A stretch of DNA of 64,000 nucleotides, from contig NIVC01001207.1 in the NCBI GenBank assembly GCA_002269645.1, positions 85,541 through 149,540 of the forward strand, written 5' to 3'. Below, piece by piece: positions 12,231-24,619 of the stretch; the first letter of the stretch is position 1; every line of letters starts with the position of its first letter. The notes beneath the pieces are model-generated. The model worked only from the letters and a program-made list of their open reading frames with translations. It did no database searches and had not been told where the DNA came from. A program made the translations under genes and the position numbers. This DNA is from Macrostomum lignano. Its lineage: Eukaryota.

Positions 12231-13662
12231 AGCTCAAAAATTTTGGCTCTACGAGATGTAAGAGGAACGCCAATTTCAGAAGAGCAATTAGCGTCACTCA
12301 ATGGTACGAACTGGCTGGACTATGCGGTAAGAAATTTGTAGGAAGTGCTTTGCGTCATAGCATTACGGTATGTACGTAATTTAATGTGTAGAAGGTATTA
12401 AAAATATTATCAGGTTGTGTACGGCTACTTGGCTGCAATTGCTAGCGGAGCAGATGGAGTTGCTATGCAGCAGAGCGATTTTCTTTCCTTGCTAGACGGT
12501 GGTAGCAAAGGCTCTCAGCACATTGAATCTCTTCGGAACTATTTCCTTGGTCGAGCGGTAAGCATAATGTGAAATTTTAACTTTTAATCTGATGTTGGTT
12601 TCACCATTGACCATTGCTACGAGTATAGTTGATATCCACATGCAGAGGTGGAACAATCCTGCAACAATTCTATAATTCTGAAGAATTAATTATAAAAAAT
12701 TTTAGACAGTGAAGAAAATTCTGGTCCCGATGCTTACGCAAAGCCATTTTTGGCTTTTGGCTGTCTTCTTCGACGATCTCACAGTGCACTATCTGGACTC
12801 CATACGTCGGAGTGACAGAAGAAAGCAACTGGCATTGAACTATACTGCCAAATTGAAGTAAGTAAAATGTACACGAGAAGGGGGGCTTTGAAATTTGCAA
12901 GGCATATTAACTGAACTTACGTGCCATTTTCTAATTTTAGTGAGCTCCTTGCTTCTTCAGCTGCTTCTACGTTTCTCCCTGAGCAGATGGAGCACCTTAG
13001 GGGTAGAAAGTTTAGAAGTGTAGTAAGAATGTGCACCCAGCAAAAAGATACGTTTTCATGTGGCGTTCTGACCTGCTTATTTGGCCGCAATTTGTTTCTT
13101 GATAAGTGCACTGTGTTGTCTGCGTTCACTGCGCAGAAATTGAGCGCCGCTCGCCAGCACATTAAAAATACTGTGATTAATTTCATGGAAGAAACTGAGC
13201 AACCCATTTGCAGGTTCTGTGGCTTGGAGGAGCCCGCTGGCCGAAGGAAGCGAATCGAATGGGTAAATTAATGCGATGTAAAATACCCATGCATTTTACA
13301 TGTACATGTACAACAGTAAGGGATTCAACCAGCTTGCAAGACCTTTTCTGCATCATTTTAGATTGAATGCCCCTCCTGCCTCTTTTGGTACCACAAAATC
13401 TGTTGAAACAGCTGGAAAAGCACGGCAAATGTTTGCTCCGATTGCGCCAGACTTGATGCATAAAATGCTGACTGTGTTGAATAAAGACAGGGACAATGCA
13501 GTTATCGCGGATCAAGTCGGACGTGATATTTATGGGGTGTTTTATGTTTCGTTGCACGAAATGTTTTGATGCTTATTTTCTGTAGTTTGATTCTCAGTTG
13601 CTGACGGGATTACCCCATCCTGAGTCGATAACATTAATTCTGTTCGATTTTACTAATGTGCA

Positions 13663-14965
13663 CTGTGCACTAATTTCATGCAGAAAGACCAAAGTGGGAC
13701 GATGTAGCGGCTTCTCAAAAAACTACTATATACAGTATTCGGTATATTGGGAAACGTCGTAACAACAGTTGCTAGGGAATATCTCAGCTTGTGAAGCGTC
13801 TTTGTGTGTGTCTGAGGTGTCTTTTTAAAGCATAGACATGCGTAAAACAGCTGTGCAAATTTCATGCAGAAAGATCAAAGTGGGACGATGTAGCAGCTTC
13901 TCAAAAAACTACTATATACAGTATTCGGTATATTGGGAAACGTCGTAACAACAGTTGCTATGGAATATCTCAGCTTGTGAAGCGTCTTTGTGTGTGTCTG
14001 AGGTGTCTTTTTAAAGCAGAGACATGCGTAAAACAGCTGTGCAAATTTCATGCAGAAAGATCAAAGTGGGACGATGTAGCGGCTTCTCAAAAAACTACTA
14101 TATACAGTATTCGGTATATTGGGAAACGTCGTAACAACAGTTGCTATGGAATATCTCAGCTTGTGAAGCGTCTTTGTGTGTGTCTGAGGTGTCTTTTTAA
14201 AGCAGAGACATGCGTAAAACAGCTGTGCAAATTTCATGCAGAAAGACCAAAGTGGGACGATGTAGCAGCTTCTCAAAAAACTACTATATACAGTATTCGG
14301 TATATTGGGAAACGTCGTAACAACAGTTGCTAGGGAATATCTCAGCTTGTGAAGCGTCTTTGTGTGTGTCTGAGGTGTCTTTTTAAAGCATAGACATGCG
14401 TAAAACAGCTGTGCAAATTTCATGCAGAAAGATCAAAGTGGGACGATGTAGCAGCTTCTCAAAAAACTACTATATACAGTATTCGGTATATTGGGAAACG
14501 TCGTAACAACAGTTGCTAGGGAATATCTCAGCTTGTGAAGCGTCTTTGTGTGTGTCTGAGGTGTCTTTTTAAAGCAGAGACATGCGTAAAACAGCTGTGC
14601 AAATTTCATGCAGAAAGACCAAAGTGGGACGATGTAGCGGCTTCTCAAAAAACTACTATATACAGTATTCGGTATATTGGGAAACGTCGTAACAACAGTT
14701 GCTATGGAATATCTCAGCTTGTGAAGCGTCTTTGTGTGTGTCTGAGGTGTCTTTTTAAAGCAGAGACATGCGTAAAACAGCTGTGCAAATTTCATGCAGA
14801 AAGACCAAAGTGGGACGATGTAGCAGCTTCTCAAAAAACTACTATATACAGTATTCGGTATATTGGGAAACGTCGTAACAACAGTTGCTATGGAATATCT
14901 CAGCTTGTGAAGCGTCTTTGTGTGTGTCTGAGGTGTCTTTTTAAAGCAGAGACATGCGTAAAAGT
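13663..14965 (-). repeat. Right TIR tandem array, 186-bp unit x ~7 (inverted relative to the left array)
   Basis: Reverse complement of the 7107-8301 array, sharing the same variant positions. Confidence 0.95.
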
Positions 14966-15372
14966 TTCTATAAATTCACAGTATCTTGCGTAATAAATAG
15001 ACAATTTTGTTAAACATTTAATGAACGATTTCTGAATGTCTGTCTGAATGTCTGTCGGGAAACCAATACATCGGCATAAGTATCAAGATAATTGATCAAT
15101 GTCAAGTCAATGACATGACAAGACTTACAATATTATCAATCGTGCTTTTCCAATGGTTCAAACTATCAGCTATGGGCTACCCTTGTTTTATGCTCAAAGC
15201 TTCTTTTAAAATTAGTAAATGTATTAGTCAATTAAATAGTAAACAAAGTTAAAATGGATGGAACTCTTATCAAAGTTAAATAGGCCTAGCTAGGCGGCTA
15301 AGCTAGTTAAGTTAGAATTAGAACTTAGTCTTATATCTTATCTTAGTCTTATTAGTCTTATTCTTATTAGTC

Positions 15373-17795
15373 TTGCTGATTCTTTCTCTAAATTGCTTGT
15401 TGACTGTTATACCACAGGTTACATTCCCACAATCTGGAGAATGTCCAGAGTCGTGTTCATCCCGAAACCTGCTAAGGGTGACTACACCAACGTGAAATCC
15501 TTCCGGCCCATCAGCCTCACTTCCTTTTGTGTTAAGCTGATGGAGAGGCTCATCCTGTGGAGGCTTCGAGAGTGCGACCTGCGCTCCGACCCTGTCAGTA
15601 AGTACCAATACGCCTTCCAGCCTGGGAGGACGACTGAGCATGCTCTCCACGCCATTACCTCCAAAATTGAGAGTGCCATCCTTAGCAAACAACTCGCTTG
15701 CGGGTTGTTCGTTGACTTCGAAGGAGCATTTGACAATGTCCTCTTCCGCTCCTTCAGAAATTCTCTTTCCCGCAGGAATGTAAGACACAGCATTGTTCGC
15801 TGGATTTATTTTATGATCCGCAAAAGGTTTGTGACATCCACACTTATGGGCGTTACCCTCACCCGGGCGGTGATGAAAGGCGGCCCGCAAGGTGGCGTGC
15901 TAACTCCACTTCTCTGGAATCTCGTCATGGACGAACTTCTAACCGCTGACATTCCCAGCAGTATCACCAGGGCGGGCTACGCCGATGACGTTGCCGCGGT
16001 CGTCAGCGGACCCGACCCCGCCACTCTGCGCAACCTGATGCAGCAATTCGCCGACAAGGCGGCCGACTGGGCTACACAGCATGGCCTAAAAATCAGCGTC
16101 ACTAAGACTGTCGCTGTCGTTTTCACCAAGCGCCGTAAGTGGGAGATGAAAAACCTCACTGTCTATGGCAGAAACATCCCCTTCAAGAAGGAGGTCAAAT
16201 ACCTCGGTGTGACGCTAACGCATGACCTGCGCTGGACGAAGCACCTTGATAACGTCATCGGTCGGGCAAAACGCTGCTTTGCCCAGCTGCGCAGAGCCAT
16301 CGGGCCGACTTGGGGCCTCTCGCCTAGAACGGTCCGTTGGATTTATACCGGCATCATCCGGCCCAGTATCACATACGCGAGTCTCATCTGGACTAGCGTG
16401 CTGGAGCAGAAGGCCGCCCGTCAGCGGCTGTACCAGCTTCAGGGCAGCATTTGCCGTGCCATCACAGGTGCGTACCCGTCCACCCCTTACGAGGGGCTGA
16501 ACACTATCCTTAACCTGCCTCCGCTTCACCTATTTATTAGGGCGGAGGCTATGAAGTCTGCCTCCCGGCTTATCAGAGATAAAACGTTAAATAACGCGCC
16601 CTCTGGCTTTATGCCAATGAAAACATTAATCCCGCATATGGACTTTGTCCGCCGCGACCTTAACAACATCCACATGGACCTGGGCAATGTGGATAGTCGA
16701 CCTCCCGCCCTCAACATCAGGAGGGGCTTCAAGACCGCCATCCCTGGCCGAGACAACATTCCGCTGGATGTCGGTGTGAACCGGCGCAGCCAGGGCATTC
16801 ACTGCTTCACCGACGGCTCGCTGTTCAACGGCCGCGCTGGAGCGGGTATTGCCATTTTCCACGAGGGTAAGATGCTTCTCCAGGAAAGTCTGCACCTCGG
16901 TGAGAACACCTCAGTTTTCCAAGCTGAAATTTGCGCCATTGAGCAGTGTGCCCAGCAACTGTTTCAGGCGAACATTAATAATTTTGACATTAATTTCTAC
17001 ACTGATAGCCAAGCTGCTATTAAGGCCTTAACCACTGAGAATATCTCCGCTGCTACAGTATCTCAATGCCACCGCAGTGTGCAATCTCTCTCAGTCCTTA
17101 ACAGGATTAGAATTATCTGGACACCTGGTCACAGCAACATCCTGGGCAACGAGCTCGCGGACTCTCTCGCCAAGGAGGGCAGCAACCCAGACGGCAACCA
17201 CCGTCTGATGAGGCTACCCACCCCCAGGTCGCAAGTCACCCGCCATATCAACAGGTGGCTCCATCAGCAGCACCAGCTCCACTGGAACAGCTGCACCGAG
17301 TACAGGCAGAGCCGCTCTGCCATGCCTAACCTGAACAGGAAAGTCTCTGATTATCTGATTTCGCTTAACAGAACCGACCTCAGGGAGATGTGCATGGTCC
17401 TAACCGGCCACGGATTCTTCCAGAGACATATATCGTTGCAAACCGGTTGCCCTCCCACCTGTCCCTTCTGTGGCATAGGAGAGGAGACCGCGGAGCATCA
17501 CGTCACCTTCTGCCCTTACTTCAACAAGGCGCGGCACAAATACCTCGGCCACCCCCAGCGGATGGACGAGCTGACCACCGCGGACAATATCCGAGACCTC
17601 CGCGCCTTCGTCCGGGACTCCGGCCGGATGAGGGTCGCCGATGCCTCCACTGCGGACCTGCCGACTACTGGCGGGGACTGGGCGCACCCCCAAGGCTAAT
17701 CCTTGTGCTCTTTTACCTTGGGGTTGCGATAGGGGCCTCGCGGCCTATTCGCGGCGCCTGCGCCCCCCGTCAGTAGTAAGTAGTAAGTAAGTAAG
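15373..17795 (+). mobile_element. 5'-truncated Loa/Lian-like LINE copy (RT C-half, RNase H, CCHC)
   Basis: Near-identical to the reverse complement of 54172-56587. Open frame runs to the stop at 17699. (TAAG/TAG)n tail. Probable TSD tagtcttata at 15326-15335 and 17796-17805. Confidence 0.93.
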
Positions 17796-18429
17796 TAGTC
17801 TTATAACCATTTTTCTTTAAAGGCTTAACCATGCTTAAGCTATTTTTCATGCACTGCCTTAAAATATGAAACAAAATAACTTTTTAAATCCTATTAAGTC
17901 ATATAGGCGATATAGCCTATGGCTAAAGCCTTATGTAAGATATTAAAATATACATTCCCAGTTGTCTGAAACAAGACTCAAGAGAAATTGCACTCTAAGC
18001 CTTAAAATTGCACCTTGAAATTTGGCATAAGGTGCGATTTCGCACCTTGTCTCTGGCGAAAAAAAAACACCCAGGTTTGGCAAAAAGATAGGCTATTTAT
18101 AAGGTTGATAGTCATTTTGTCTGTTGCCAGTTTGTCTGCTGCCCTTTCATCTACAAGTCATTAATTTGAAATAGTGATAAATCTAGTTACCCCTTGCTAT
18201 TAGCATAAGTACATGTGTACATATAATATAGTCAAATATATAATGTATAGTAGTATAGTAGTAATTGTATGAAAGGATAATTCTAACAAAATTGGAATTA
18301 GCCAGGACTTAGTTGGTAGTAGAGCTATAAAATAATATGAATCATGTGTATTATAATTATACAGTTTATGCAATATTGTGTAAGCAAATAGATGACTATG
18401 TAAAGAAGATAGACATATATATATATATA

Positions 18430-18960
18430 TCTCTACCTATAAAAATCAAAACTCTGTCTGTGTGTCTATGTGGCTGTGTAAAAATTTGATCACTATGGAC
18501 TCCCAAACTGCTTAACCAAATTACACCAAACTTTATACCCACCCTAAACTTACTACGGAGAATGTCTTAAGCTACCTTTAAATTTCCTAGACTCAAGTCT
18601 TCCTACCTAAAAGTACAAAAAACTGCTCAAAACACGCAATTTTTTCACTAAATCCTCCATAGCATTGCTCCATTTCTACCTATTCTCTTCAAATTTTACA
18701 CAAACAGTCTTCAACTATTTTGACACAATTGTGTAAAATTTCGAGTATCAAAGTTAATCCTGAATGGCGCTGTGCACTTTTAAAGTTAGGCTGTTTTTCC
18801 AGTGAGGCAGCCACCCCAACCTCCGCCCACCTGCCTCTCCCGATCTGGGCAAAGGGTGTAAATAGGTTTTAAAATGACTAACTTTCGGCTGCCATAACTT
18901 TGCTCCATGTGAGGCAATTGGCTTCAAATTTGACACAATTCTTTATTGACTCATTCTCTA
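18430..18960 (+). mobile_element. Possible non-autonomous Helitron/HINE-like fragment
   Basis: After an (AT)n run it begins tctctacctataaaaa..tctgtctgtgtgtc..ggactcccaaactgcttaaccaaatt, which resembles Helitron-N 5' ends. No 3' hairpin/CTRR end was found, so the end coordinate is approximate. Confidence 0.3.
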
Positions 18961-21178
18961 TCTAAATGTAAAGTCTTAACTCTGTATCTTAATCAGGACA
19001 GAAACTATAAGCATGTGAAGTTTGTCTGCTTTTTCTGTTGTTTGTGCCACTCACTCACTCATTCCCCCAGCCTAGACAAAAGGTCAAGCAGTAGGGCTCA
19101 ATGTACATAGCGAATGTACAGTGTTTTGGAATAACTTTTTAATAGCCTTCTCTGTACCCCCACGAGTGGAGAGGCATGGAAAAGAGAGAGTTTAGCTAGA
19201 GATTCAATTTCAAACCACTGTCCTCTGAATAGACAAGTCTGCACAGTTAAACAAGGATGGCAAATCAAGGCGATGTGGGATGGTTTGTAAAAATATCAAA
19301 TAATTAATGAATAAGAATAACTGATTACAATGCAATCCTACTAAATTAGTTACACCATAAAAATTTTAACATTAAGATTCGCATAAGGTACTTTAAAATT
19401 TAAATGGCCTCCTAAGAAATGCGTATTTCCATGGTTGTTAGACTGCTGCAGACTGTGGTAGTGGAGCTAGAGATATACAAATTTCTCTCAGGGCTGCTAA
19501 TTGACCAGAAAGATGACGTGATTAAAGCATGAGAAATGATAACAACCATGATAGTATTACGTCCCACAAACTGGCTTTCGAAGCAGGGATTGGCAGATTT
19601 TTATCTCAAAGGCCAGATAAAGAATCTAGCTCATGGCTACGGGCCAGATGAGAGTGAAAAGGAAAAGGAATAGACTATTAGAAAGGGAGGAGGGGCGAGA
19701 GGGGATAAAAGAAAAGATAGAAGATAACAGGAAAGACATACAAGGAGGTTGAGGAGAGAGCAGAGAATATGGGACAAAGAAGCAAGAGGAGGGGAGAGAG
19801 AAGGGAGAGGAAATAGTAGAGGTGAGAAGATGGAGAGAAAAGAGGGGAGAGATAAGAGAGAGGATCAATGAGAGAGGAGAGTAGAGAAGAGTGAGATGAG
19901 AGAAAAAAAAATAAATAAAAGCAAAAATAATTCCAGGGAATGGAGTTCCCTGGGTTCAAAATCCGCGGGTTTCAACAGCTTGTATATATATATATATATG
20001 TGTAACCCCCATTGCATATATTCTCTAATAGTCAGTCTAGTAGCTCTAAAGCTGCCTTGAACACATGCAAAATGTGAACCCTTGGGTTAGCTTAAGAGTC
20101 AACTTGGAGGGAGGTCCCCTAATATTCTTGGACTAGAATAAAGGGAGTGCAAATGTGTAAGATTATAGACCTTAGCTTATAAGCCTTATCTGTCTCATAC
20201 TACACAGCTATGCTAAGCCCAATATTGCATATCTTAAACAGTGTCAGATAGGTCTATACTATCTATATTGTAGATAACTTCAGATATTTATAAATATTTT
20301 GTTGTCAAATTAAATAAATTGAGTAACTCTATAACTAGGACAATATCAACTAATGCAATGATGCATGATAGAACAGGTCCCTATTGGAGAAGTGGCTAAA
20401 TGGCAGATAGCTTTTTCAAAATGATAGATATTTTCAAAATGACCCTGTAATGCAAAGCATTTTTTTATAAGGCAGTGTAGTGGAATATAATGTAGTACTG
20501 TGCAACACTTGGTGCAGTGCATAGAATCCATGTCAAAACAGCCAATGAATCATAGAAACAACGATTAAAAGCACAATATTGCTGCCAAAGTATAGAAAAA
20601 AGTTTTTTTCAGTGCAAGTTAAGTATGATTAGCACAAAAAACTAATCATAATGATCATAATCATAATCATAATCATAATCTTTAAATAAGATTAATAGAA
20701 ATATTTAAGACCTATTGGTTACTTGTGACCACTTGTAAACAACTTTTAAAATGACCCCTTGGCATGGACCATGTAGATCTTTTTGACTACAAATTGTACC
20801 CGTTAGCTATTGCTTTGAAGAATGTTTTGTGTTTATTGTTTCTATAAAAATCTAATTTTAAGCATTTGTCATAGAAGTATATTCCTTTCTTTATTATTTT
20901 TATTCCAAAAAATACTAAATGTCAAGGATTTTTATTATACTGAACAAAAAATAATTTAGAAAAAATGGGAGGTGGTAGGTTTGGCAAGGATAATAGTCTG
21001 ATAATAGATTCTAATTATTAGCATTTTGACAAATATGCATAAACTATACTAGCTACCCAGTGAAACGTTTTTGAACCCTATCAATTGCTTGTTTATTATC
21101 TTAATTGCTTGATTTTTTTATTCGCAGAATGTCTTTTCTTCTATGATTGCTGCATCAATTCAATTAATCCTAGCAGTC

Positions 21179-23977
21179 ATGACTGAGGTTCAATCTGTGC
21201 CCAGTAGCGACGCTGCCGCCTCTGGCAGTCCCGAAGCCATTCGCGAGGCCCGTCGCCGCCAGGTGTTCCTAGGCGATCTGGGGCCTGATTTTCTAAGAAT
21301 TGCACCGCCAGCCGGAGCGCCCGGCCAGCGGGTTTCGATGACCGGCGGGCCGCAGTACCCGCCAGTCAGCCAGTTCTCGCACCAGCAGGCCTTCTATAAT
21401 GTGCCGCCCAATGCTATTGGCAGGCTGATTGTCACCGTTAACCAGGTAGAGAACTTGTTCCATGAAAGCTAAAATAAGCCACTAACTTTTTTAAGGCATA
21501 TACTTGTGGAAGCAAGCAAAAGTGACACTACTGGGACACTCTCGTATATATGGAGGGGTGATAGGAGGGTGAGAGGAGGGGTACACAAGCAGGTGGGGAG
21601 GGGAAGGAGATGAGTGGAAGCAGATGGGGAAGGGGAAGGAGATGAGTGGAAGCAGATGGGGAAGGGGAAGGAGATGAGTGGAAGCAGATGGGGAAGGGGA
21701 AGGAGATGAGTGGAAGCAGATGGGGAAGGGGAAGGAGATGAGTGGAAGCAGATGGGGAAGGGGAAGGAGATGAGTGGAAGCAGATGGGGAAGGGGAAGGA
21801 GATGAGTGGAAGCAGATGGGGAAGGGGAAGGAGATGAGTGGAAGCAGATGGGGAAGGGGAAGGAGAGGAGTGGAAGCAGATGGGGAAGGAGATGAGTGGA
21901 AGCAGATGGGGAAGGGGAAGGAGATGAGTGGAAGCAGATGGGGAAGGGGAAGGAGAGGAGTGGAAGCAGATGGGGAAGGGGAAGGAGAGGAGTGGAAGCA
22001 GATGGGGAAGGGGAAGGAGAGGAGTGGAAGCAGATGGGGAAGGGGAAGGAGAGGAGTGGAAGCAGATGGGGAAGGGGAAGGAGAGGAGTGGAAGCAGATG
22101 GGGAAGGGGAAGGAGAGGAGTGGAAGCAGATGGGGAAGGGGAATGAGATGAGTGGAAGCAGATGGGGAGGGGAAGGAGAGGAGTGGAAGCAGATGGGGAA
22201 GGGGAAGGAGATGAGTGGAAGCAGATGGGGAAGGGGAAGGAGAGGAGTGGAAGCAGATGGGGAAGGGGAAGGAGAGGAGTGGAAGCAGATGGGGAAGGGG
22301 AAGGAGAGGAGTGGAAGCAGATGGGGAAGGAGATGAGTGGAAGCAGATGGGGAAGGGGAAGGAGATGAGTGGAAGCAGATGGGGAAGGGGAAGGAGATGA
22401 GTGGAAGCAGATGGGGAAGGGGAAGGCAAGGAGTGGAAGCAGATGGGGAAGGGGAAGGAGAGGAGTGGAAGCAGATGGGGAAGGGGAAGGAGAGGAGTGG
22501 AAGCAGATGGGGAAGGGGAAGGAGAGGAGTGGAAGCAGATGGGGAAGGGGAAGGAGAGGAGTGGAAGCAGATGGGGAAGGGGAAGGAGAGGAGTGGAAGC
22601 AGATGGGGAAGGGGAAGGAGAGGAGTGGAAGCAGATGGGGAAGGGGAAGGAGAGGAGTGGAAGCAGAAGGGGAAGGAGAGGCGTGGAAGCAGATGGGGCT
22701 GTTTGACTGCCATCATTTTACTGCGAGTAGCCCCTCTCCTTAAGCCCTGTTACTGCCCCTGCCAGGTCCTTTGATCTAATCAAAATTTACAAAGAGTTGC
22801 GATACACACAGTTTGCGATATTTATTGACAAAACGCGTTTTCACTACCGATACTTCAGTTAGCTAATAAGTAGTATGTTTGCGCGACGCGCCGCGCCTGT
22901 TTCCGCAGGCGAAGCTGGCCAAAAACTACGGCATCACTCGCATGGATCCGTACTGCCGGCTCACTGTCGGCCATCACGTGTTCGAGACGCCAACAGCGGT
23001 CAACGGTTCCAAGAATCCGCGCTGGAGCAAATCATTCTCGGTGTTCCTCCTTGACGGCGTCGACGCCATCAACATCGAGATCTACAATGAGATGACGTTT
23101 GCCGAGGACGACCGGATCGCTTGGACTCTTATCCAGTTGCCGGCTCGGGTGTTCCAGGTGAGAGGGTTTGGTCTGGGTTTTTTCGGGGTCTGATTCCGAA
23201 ATTTCGCGTCCTGGCCATGTAATGCAGCATTCTGCGAAAGTGGATAGTTTAGAATTGAAACTTTGGACATGAAATATTCTGAAATGGCATGGCTATTTGT
23301 TTAATAAGAAAGAAACCCAAAAATACAGGCTTAGTACTAATTAGCTGACGAGGCAATTAGCCTTAAAAATACAGTTATAGTTACTCCTGCCGGTAACCCA
23401 AAATTACCATTGATTGGTACATAAAATTTTTCATAGGTAAGTCGCACGGCTGGGTGAAAATTCGAAGTTAGGCATTTATGTTTTGTTAGGTTCTTAATTT
23501 ATTCAAAAGCATTGAATACATACCGCTGTCTCAGAGCTTTAGAAAAATATTTGCGCCTCTGACTCTCGCGCCACTAGCTGTGAGTCTATTTGCATAATGC
23601 TACTTATACAAGTAGTCTATTTGGCTAAGTATATATTCCTGATATCTCCAACACAGGGCAGCACCGTAGACGACTGGTATCCACTTAGCGGTCGTCAAGG
23701 CGACGATAAGGAGGGCATGATCAGCCTGGTGCTCACATTGGAGAACCTGCCGCCTCAGCCGCAGGTCCAGTACATACCAGCTGGCGGCTATTACCCAACC
23801 CAGCATCCGCGGCCTCATCAACAGCAGCAGCAGCAGCCTGTGCAGATCACGGATGCAGACATTGGCAGCGTGCAGGAGGTGTTCCCCGACACCGACACAG
23901 AAGTGATCAAATCCGTGCTAGAAGCCCACGGCGGCAACAAGGACGCCGCTATTTCGGCTCTGCTGCAGATGTCTTGA
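21179..23977 (+). CDS. TOLLIP: Toll-interacting protein (TBD-C2-CUE), 278 aa, 3 coding exons
   Basis: Exons 21179-21445, 22909-23157, 23657-23977, all GT-AG phase 0. Motifs RRQVFLGDLGPDFLRI, AKLAKNYGITRMDPYCRL, DDRIAW, WYPLSGRQGDDKEGMI, and CUE QEVFPDTDTEVIKSVLEAHGGNKDAAISALLQM. Confidence 0.96.
21593..22697 (+). repeat. 32-bp polypurine minisatellite in TOLLIP intron 1
   Basis: Unit gagtggaagcagatggggaaggggaaggagag/at, about 34 copies with deletion variants. Confidence 0.95.
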
Positions 23978-24619
23978 ACTGGCAGCAACTGCAAATTGGG
24001 CTCTAGCTAGAGGCTCTGGACTGATTAAAGGGCTAAACTTCCTATGGCCTTGGTCAAGTGTACAAACGCATGGCTCATTGCTTTAGCGTGCGTGTTGTGC
24101 TCGCCTTTCTAAGAAATGTTGTTGTTGCGCTTTTCTAAGATTGATTATTCAGCGTATACTACTGCGAGACCTAAAGCAGGTTCACATAAATTTATATGAA
24201 CGGCATTAATTATTATAATAATATTATCTCTGTCTAATCACCCAAGGCAGTGGGCCAGTGGTTCTGTGCCTACTATATTCATATTATGGTATGTTAACTA
24301 TATATATATTATCAACTTAATAAGTCTATAGTTGAATTTCCTCTGTGATTTTCCCACTATACATAGTGCAGTCCCCAAGCTGGACTTCCGTGTGTATTAG
24401 TTCACTGTCTGTTACATTTGCCTATGCTTTCTTTCGATTGTACTTTCTAATGTTCGAGTGAATCAACAAAGATATATTTCACTAAAACATTGGGGCACTG
24501 TGCACTGCAGGGCACACAAACTTTACGCTTCTAATCGAAAGGAGTTTTTAAAAATACAAGATTCTCGCTTATGAGTTTGATTTATTTAAATTGTATTTAC
24601 TAGTTTTCGACAGCGATAG

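Larger units (their letters stand above)
9529..13463 (+). pseudogene. MULE transposase-Ulp1/SENP (C48) protease-PHD finger fusion, spliced, with lesions
   Basis: Inferred GT-AG exons 9529-12326, 12414-12557, 12706-12857, 12941-13262, 13362-13463; further 5' exons are unresolved. N-terminal CKMQGC..DH Zn finger. DDE-type motifs HINATGS (D>N), VTDFSWAL, LCTNH, NAHIESWF. Ulp1 motifs NWLDYAV, SHFW, YLDS, QQKDTFSCG. PHD CRFC/CPSC/HKIC/CSDC. Lesions: extra T in T6 at 11207-11212, +1 frameshift near 12770, TGA at 13404-13406. Confidence 0.82.
6998..15071 (+). mobile_element. Foldback-type Mutator-like (MULE, FB-NOF/Phantom-like) DNA transposon, 8074 bp
   Basis: 9-bp TSD cggcataag at 6989-6997 and 15072-15080. 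About 110-bp unique outer TIRs (ATTGGTTTCCCGACAGACA..), followed by inverted arrays of a 186-bp unit. The interior carries a MULE-type transposase gene. Confidence 0.92.

Noticed and set aside
7076-14993. 62-aa periodic ORFs (MKFAQLFYAC.., MKRLCVCLRC..)
   Set aside because: By-products of the 186-bp TIR unit (a multiple of 3). They occur on both strands and have no protein-like features.
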